A DNA stretch of 11,030 nucleotides from an uncultured Candidatus Rokubacteria bacterium (GTDB taxonomy: Bacteria > Methylomirabilota > Methylomirabilia > Rokubacteriales > CSP1-6), in contig CAVXJS010000020.1 of NCBI GenBank assembly GCA_963762145.1, forward strand, positions 1-11,030. Direction: 5' to 3'. Each line of letters begins with the position of its first letter. Position 1 is the stretch's first letter. The translations under genes were made by a program, and so were the position numbers. This document shows, piece by piece, positions 6,512 through 11,030 of this stretch. Below the pieces are notes generated by a model. The model worked only from the letters and a program-made list of their open reading frames with translations. It was not told the DNA's origin and searched no databases.

Positions 6512-8596
6512 TCACGCTCCCGTGAACGTCTTGCCTTCGGTGGCGAGCCGGTCGAGCAGTGGCGCGGGCTTCCAGTCCTCGCCCTGGGTCTTCCGCCACT
6601 CGTTCATCCGGTCGCGCATGGCCTTGAGCCCGACCTGGTCCGCCCAGAACATCGGGCCGCCCCGGTAGACCGGCCAGCCGTAGCCGTAGACCCAGATCAC
6701 GTCGATGTCGCTCGCCCGGATCGCGATCTTCTCCTCGAGGATCTTGGCCCCCTCGTTGACCATCGGGTAGAGCAGCCGGGCCAGGATCTCGTCGTCGCCG
6801 ATCTTGCGCCGGGTGATCCCCATCTCGCTCGCCACCTCGACGATGATCTTCTCCACGTCCGCGTCGGGGACCGGGGTGCGGTCCCCCTTCTCGTAGCGGA
6901 AGTAGCCCGCGCCCGTCTTCTGCCCGAAGCGGCCCAGCTCGCAGATGCGGTCGGCCACCGCCGACTTCACGCCCTTGCCCTTGCGGATGCGCCAGCCCAC
7001 GTCGAGGCCGGCGAGGTCGCCCATCGCGAACGGGCCCATCGGGAAGCCGAAGTCGGTGAGGACCTTGTCCACCTCGTGGGGCAGCGCGCCCTCCAGGATG
7101 AGCTTCTCCGCCTCGCGGCCGCGCTGGTGGAGCATGCGGTTGCCCACGAAGCCGTAGCAGACGCCGACCAGCACCGGCACCTTGGCGATGCGCCGGCCCA
7201 CGCTCATCGCGGTGGCGATCACGTCCTTGGCCGACTTCTCGCCGCGCACCACCTCGAGCAGCCGCATGACGTTGGCGGGGCTGAAGAAGTGCATGCCGAT
7301 GACGTCGTCCGGCCGCTTCGTCGCGGAGGCGATCTCGTCCACGTCGAGCGTGGAGGTGTTGGAGGCGAGCACCGCCCCCGGCTTGCAGATCTTGTCGATC
7401 TTGGCGAAGACTTCCTTCTTGATCGGCATCTCCTCGAAGACCGCCTCGACCACGATGTCGGCGTCGGCGATCTTGGACCAGTCGGTGGTGCCGGAGATGA
7501 GCCCCATGCGCTTCTCGACATCCTGCGCGGTGAGGCGGCCGCGCGCGGCGGTGGCCTCGTAGTTCTTCCGCACCACGCCGAGGCCGCGGTCGAGCGCCTC
7601 CTGGGCCACCTCGACCACCGTGACCGGGATGCCCGCGTTGGCGAAGTTCATCGCGATGCCGCCGCCCATGGTGCCGGCCCCGAGCACCGCCGCCTTCTTG
7701 ATGTCGCGGCTCTTGGTGTCGCCGGGGACGTCGGGGATCTTGGCCGCCTCGCGCTCCGCGAAGAAGAAGTAGCGCTGGGCCTTGGACTCGGGCGAGGTGA
7801 TCAGCTCCTGGAAGAGCTCGCGCTCGCGCTTCAGGCCCTGGTCGAATGGCAGGTTCACCGCCGCCTCGACGGCCTTGATGCAGTTCTCGGGCGCGCGGAA
7901 GCCGCGGGTCTGGCGCGCCACCGACTTGCGGAACTCCGCGAACACCTCGGGCTTGCCCCGCACCGCGCCGACCTTGTCGTCGAGATCGCGGATCTTCTTG
8001 AGCGGCCGCTTCTCCGCCACCACCTTCTCCGCGAACGCCACCCCCGCCGCGGTCAGGTCGCCGTCCACGATCTCGTCGATGAGGCCGACCTTGAGCGCCT
8101 CGTCGGCGCCGATCGGATCGCCGCTCACGATCATCGAGAGCGCCTTGGGCACGCCGACCACGCGGGGCAGCCGCTGGGTGCCGCCTGCGCCGGGCAGGAT
8201 GCCGAGCTTGACCTCGGGCAGGCCGAAGCGCGCGGCCTTCACCCCCACGCGGTAGTGGCAGGCGAGCGTCACCTCGAGCCCGCCGCCGAGCGCGGTGCCG
8301 TGGATCGCGGCCACCACCGGCTTGGGCGAGGACTCGATCAGGTCGAGCACCTCGTGCAGCCCCGGCTCCTTCGGCGGCTTGCCGAACTCGGTGATGTCGG
8401 CGCCCGCGATAAACGTGCGCCCCGCGCACGTGATCACGATCGCGGCGACGCCCGCATCGGCCGCCGCCTGCTTCAAGCCGTCCCGCAAACCCTGCCGCAC
8501 GTGCTGGCTGAGCGCGTTCACGGGCGGATTGTTGACGGTGAGCACGGCCACGCGGCCGCGGCGATCGAGATCAACGGACTGAGTGATGGCTGTCAT
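6512..8596 (-). CDS. Bifunctional enoyl-CoA hydratase / 3-hydroxyacyl-CoA dehydrogenase (FadB/PimF-like multifunctional enzyme), 694 aa
   Basis: Crotonase domain: NPPVNAL, FIAGADI, ALGGGLE, GLPEVKLG. HAD domain: GAGTMGGGIA, VEAVFE, LASNTS, GMHFFSPA, LLEVV, GFVGNR. SD AAGGAG at 8603-8608 supports ATG 8596. Confidence 0.95.
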   Translation of the reverse strand: MTAITQSVDLDRRGRVAVLTVNNPPVNALSQHVRQGLRDGLKQAAADAGVAAIVITCAGRTFIAGADITEFGKPPKEPGLHEVLDLIESSPKPVVAAIHGTALGGGLEVTLACHYRVGVKAARFGLPEVKLGILPGAGGTQRLPRVVGVPKALSMIVSGDPIGADEALKVGLIDEIVDGDLTAAGVAFAEKVVAEKRPLKKIRDLDDKVGAVRGKPEVFAEFRKSVARQTRGFRAPENCIKAVEAAVNLPFDQGLKRERELFQELITSPESKAQRYFFFAEREAAKIPDVPGDTKSRDIKKAAVLGAGTMGGGIAMNFANAGIPVTVVEVAQEALDRGLGVVRKNYEATAARGRLTAQDVEKRMGLISGTTDWSKIADADIVVEAVFEEMPIKKEVFAKIDKICKPGAVLASNTSTLDVDEIASATKRPDDVIGMHFFSPANVMRLLEVVRGEKSAKDVIATAMSVGRRIAKVPVLVGVCYGFVGNRMLHQRGREAEKLILEGALPHEVDKVLTDFGFPMGPFAMGDLAGLDVGWRIRKGKGVKSAVADRICELGRFGQKTGAGYFRYEKGDRTPVPDADVEKIIVEVASEMGITRRKIGDDEILARLLYPMVNEGAKILEEKIAIRASDIDVIWVYGYGWPVYRGGPMFWADQVGLKAMRDRMNEWRKTQGEDWKPAPLLDRLATEGKTFTGA

Positions 8597-8634
8597 GGCC
8601 TTCTCCTTCGAAGGTGAGCGGTGAAGTGCCGCCA

Positions 8635-8663
8635 ATCATAAGCGCGTTGTGGAGTCCCGGGAA
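8635..8663 (-). promoter_or_regulatory. Possible sigma70 promoter of the hydratase/dehydrogenase-SDR operon
   Basis: TATGAT (-10, 8635-8640) with a weak TTCCCG 17 bp upstream. Confidence 0.4.
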
Positions 8664-8767
8664 GAGGAGTTTCTTACCCGGTCGATCCTACTCGCGCCCC
8701 GCGGCGACCCCGGCCGGCCGTGGCGCCAAACCGGTGTCTCCATTGAGCAATCGGGATTTGGAACGTT

Positions 8768-8783
8768 CGGCACGCGGCGTGCG
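8768..8783 (+). promoter_or_regulatory. sigma54 -24/-12 promoter of the small secreted protein gene
   Basis: CGGCACGcggcGTGCG: GG 8769-8770, N10, GC 8781-8782; predicted +1 near 8794, before SD AGGAGG at 8800-8805. Confidence 0.62.
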
Positions 8784-8811
8784 TCTCAAGACCGTAGCCA
8801 GGAGGTCGATC

Positions 8812-9159
8812 ATGCTTATCCGAACCATCGTGGCTCTGGTCGTTGCCGCACCGCTGCTGACGCTGCCCGTCACCGTGGGGGCGCAGTCCATGGACCTCAA
8901 GACGACACCGCCGCAGCGCGAGCGCATCGCGCCGGCGGTTCCCGAACGTGATCTTCAGCCGCACCGCCCGGTGCTGCCGGATCGCCCGAACTTCATCGCG
9001 CCACTGTCGAAGGACACCAAGTCGGGGCGCGCGGGGGTGGCGGGCTGGAGCGCGGTGAATCCGCCGGTGGGCTCCCGCGTCGGCGGCGACCACGAGAATC
9101 CGGGCTGGCCGGGGGTGGGGTTCGCGATCGAGTGGGGTCGTCCGGAGCGCGCGAACTAG
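8812..9159 (+). CDS. Hypothetical exported protein, 115 aa
   Basis: Strong SD AGGAGG 6 nt before ATG 8812; Sec signal peptide MLIRTIVALVVAAPLLTLPVTVGA|QS; G/C-rich third codon positions; fills the gap between two enzyme genes. Confidence 0.85.
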   Translation: MLIRTIVALVVAAPLLTLPVTVGAQSMDLKTTPPQRERIAPAVPERDLQPHRPVLPDRPNFIAPLSKDTKSGRAGVAGWSAVNPPVGSRVGGDHENPGWPGVGFAIEWGRPERAN

Positions 9160-9203
9160 CTCCGGGCCTCGGCCCTCGCTGATCGTCGGGTCCGCCCGCG
9201 CGG

Positions 9204-9209
9204 TATACT
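9204..9209 (+). promoter_or_regulatory. Possible -10 element for the BVMO gene
   Basis: TATACT in otherwise GC-rich intergenic DNA; no convincing -35; GGAGG at 9251-9255. Confidence 0.35.
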
Positions 9210-9268
9210 CGTGCCCAAGCGCGGGCGGGAACGCACGGCCCGACTTCAACGGAGGACGAGCCCTGCCG

Positions 9269-10909
9269 ATGGCCATCTCGCCGGCCCCCTCGACGCACCC
9301 GGATTCTAGCCGGGACCTGGACCTCGACACGATCATCATCGGAGCGGGCATCTCGGGCCTGTACCAGCTTTACCGTCTGCGGGAGCTGGGCCAGAGGGTC
9401 CGGGTGTTCGAGGCCGGGACCGGCGTGGGCGGCACGTGGTACTGGAACCGCTATCCGGGCTGCCGCTTCGATTCCGAGAGCTATTCCTACGGCTACTCGT
9501 TCAGCCAGGAGCTGCTCGACGAATGGGATTGGTCCGAGCATTTCGCGTCCCAGCCGGAGACCGAGCGCTACCTCAACCACGTCGCCGACAAGTTCGACCT
9601 GCGCCGGGACATCCAGCTCCGGAGCCGCGTGACCGCGGCGGTCTTCGACGAGACCGGGCCCGCCTGGGAGATCACCCTGGCGGACGGGAGCCGTCACCGG
9701 TCTCGCCACCTGGTGACCGCGGTCGGCCCCCTGTCCGCTCCGACCATGCCGCGCATCGCGGGCGTCGAGGCATTCGAGGGCGAGGCGTATCACACCGCTC
9801 GCTGGCCCAAGCATCCCGTCGACTTCCGCGGGAAGCGGGTGGCCGTGATCGGCACGGGCGCCACCGGCGTCCAGGCGATCCAGGAGATCGCCAAGACCGC
9901 GGGACACCTCACCGTCTTCCAGCGGCGCCCGAACTGGTGCACCCCGCTGCACAACCGCCCCATCACCCGAGAAGAGATGGACGAGATCCGCCGCGGCTAC
10001 CCGGCGCTGTTCAAGCGCTGCCAGGAGACCGCCGCCTGCTTCGTGCACACCATCGACCCGCGCGGCACGTTCGAGGTCGACGAGGCGGAGCGCCAGGCCT
10101 TCTGGGAGAAGCTCTACGCCTCGCCGGGGTTCGGCATCTGGCAGGGCAACTTCCGCGACATGCTGATCGACCGGGAGGCGAACCGGCTGATGTCCGACTT
10201 CGTGGCGGACAAGATCCGCCAGCGCGTGAAGGACCCGAGGGTCGCGGAGATGCTGATCCCGAAGGACCACGGCTTCGGCACCCGCCGCGTCCCGCAGGAG
10301 ACCCACTACTACGAGGTCTACAACCAGCCGAACGTCGAGCTGATCAGCATCCTCGCCACCCCGATCGAGCAGATCACGCCGAAGGGGCTCCGGACCGCCG
10401 AGCGGGAGTTCGAGTTCGACATCATCGTCTACGCCACCGGCTTCGACGCCATCACCGGCGGCTTCGACCGCGTCGATATCCGCGGGCGCGGCGGGCGCAC
10501 GCTCCGGGACCGGTGGAGGGGCGGCCTCTCGACCTACCTCGGCGTCATGGTCGACGGCTTCCCGAACATGTTCATGGTGATGGGGCCGCACACCGCGCTC
10601 GGCAACATTCCGCGCAGCATCGAGTACAACGTGGAGTGGATCCGCGATCTGCTGGGCTACATGGACACCCGCGGCCTGACGATGGTCGAGCCCCGGTCCG
10701 AGGCGGTGGACGAGTGGACCGGCTTCGTGAAGAAGAAGGGGGAGGGCCTGCTCTCCAACGAGATCGATTCCTGGATGACCGGCGTCAACCAGAACGTCGA
10801 GGGCAAGCAGGTGCGCATCATCGCCCGCTACAGCGGCACCGCCCCCGAGTACCGCGCGTGGTGCGACCGGGTCGCCGCCGACGGCTACCGGGAGCTGCGC
10901 CTCGCGTGA
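9269..10909 (+). CDS. Type I Baeyer-Villiger monooxygenase (CHMO/PAMO family)
   Basis: Two Rossmann motifs (GAGISG, GTGATG), fingerprints GGTWYWNRYPGCRFD and FEGEAYHTARWP (FxGxxxHxxxWP), ATGF motif, catalytic Arg region GFGTRRVP. Confidence 0.96.
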   Translation: MAISPAPSTHPDSSRDLDLDTIIIGAGISGLYQLYRLRELGQRVRVFEAGTGVGGTWYWNRYPGCRFDSESYSYGYSFSQELLDEWDWSEHFASQPETERYLNHVADKFDLRRDIQLRSRVTAAVFDETGPAWEITLADGSRHRSRHLVTAVGPLSAPTMPRIAGVEAFEGEAYHTARWPKHPVDFRGKRVAVIGTGATGVQAIQEIAKTAGHLTVFQRRPNWCTPLHNRPITREEMDEIRRGYPALFKRCQETAACFVHTIDPRGTFEVDEAERQAFWEKLYASPGFGIWQGNFRDMLIDREANRLMSDFVADKIRQRVKDPRVAEMLIPKDHGFGTRRVPQETHYYEVYNQPNVELISILATPIEQITPKGLRTAEREFEFDIIVYATGFDAITGGFDRVDIRGRGGRTLRDRWRGGLSTYLGVMVDGFPNMFMVMGPHTALGNIPRSIEYNVEWIRDLLGYMDTRGLTMVEPRSEAVDEWTGFVKKKGEGLLSNEIDSWMTGVNQNVEGKQVRIIARYSGTAPEYRAWCDRVAADGYRELRLA

Positions 10910-10913
10910 CCCC

Positions 10914-11030
10914 CTAGCGGAGCTCGCGGGCGGCCTTCTCCACGAACCGCTCGAGACCGGCCGCGTCGAGTGACCGCGGCGGCATCAGGATCAGGCGGTG
11001 GACCCCGAGCGCGGCGAAGCGGTCCGCGGT
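10914..11030 (-). CDS. 3' end of a CDS entering from the right, probably an LLM-class (F420/FMN-dependent) oxidoreductase
   Basis: Translates ...TADRFAALGVHRLILMPPRSLDAAGLERFVEKAARELR* (stop 10914-10916), resembling the last strand and helix of LLM TIM barrels. Only 38 aa visible. Confidence 0.6.
   Translation of the reverse strand, partial: TADRFAALGVHRLILMPPRSLDAAGLERFVEKAARELR

Noticed and set aside
5712-8429. 905-aa ORF suggesting a giant SDR fusion
   Set aside because: The first ~640 aa are Arg/Gly-rich off-frame translation overlapping the real hydratase/dehydrogenase gene; only 6506-5712 has SDR motifs.
8618-8634. GGCAC-containing sequence upstream of the hydratase/dehydrogenase as a fourth sigma54 promoter
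   Set aside because: Spacing is GG-N9-GC, not the required N10.
8722-8738. GGCGCC-aaacc-GGTGTC resembling an NtrC site
   Set aside because: Imperfect, GC-rich and closer to the promoter than usual; easily arises by chance.
8614-8811. N-terminal extension of the small protein (181-aa ORF from 8614) and the 8635 start of the hydratase/dehydrogenase
   Set aside because: SD sequences and the signal peptide support ATG 8812 and ATG 8596; the extensions span promoter DNA.
9163-9176. GGGCC-tc-GGCCC hairpin after the small protein gene as a terminator
   Set aside because: Only a 5-bp stem and no U-tract.
123-10917. Long antisense or alternate-frame ORFs (123-1610, 1839-3203, 3794-4888, 7076-8617, 8993-10591, 9436-10917 and others)
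   Set aside because: Shadow ORFs expected from high-GC codon bias; they have no domain motifs and overlap well-supported genes.
1-11030. CRISPR array, tRNA/rRNA, transposase, integrase, phage or defence genes
   Set aside because: No spaced direct repeats or relevant protein motifs seen; intergenic gaps are short and otherwise explained.

Overview
Very GC-rich bacterial DNA with no mobile element, CRISPR array or RNA gene recognisable. Gene order: 3' end of an unknown CDS; a REC-PAS-histidine-kinase-like gene (+, broken by about 6 indels); a convergent GAF-PAS-HisKA-HATPase gene (-, 2 indels); an LLM flavin-dependent oxidoreductase; a membrane-anchored SLT lytic transglycosylase; an SDR; a bifunctional enoyl-CoA hydratase/3-hydroxyacyl-CoA dehydrogenase; a divergent small secreted hypothetical protein; a type I Baeyer-Villiger monooxygenase; and the 3' end of a probable second LLM-class enzyme. 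Main observations: (1) three correctly positioned sigma54-type -24/-12 promoters, two sharing a 12/16 identical motif 40-41 bp upstream of the GG and preceded by TGTC...GACA palindromes; (2) the hybrid kinase lacks the H-box histidine but keeps its REC and ATP-binding motifs, making it a candidate pseudokinase next to an orphan canonical kinase; (3) an uncharacterised exported 115-aa protein with a putative beta-hairpin. The frameshifts are confined to the first ~2.1 kb and look more like sequencing indels than real decay. No complete novel system can be demonstrated from the sequence alone.
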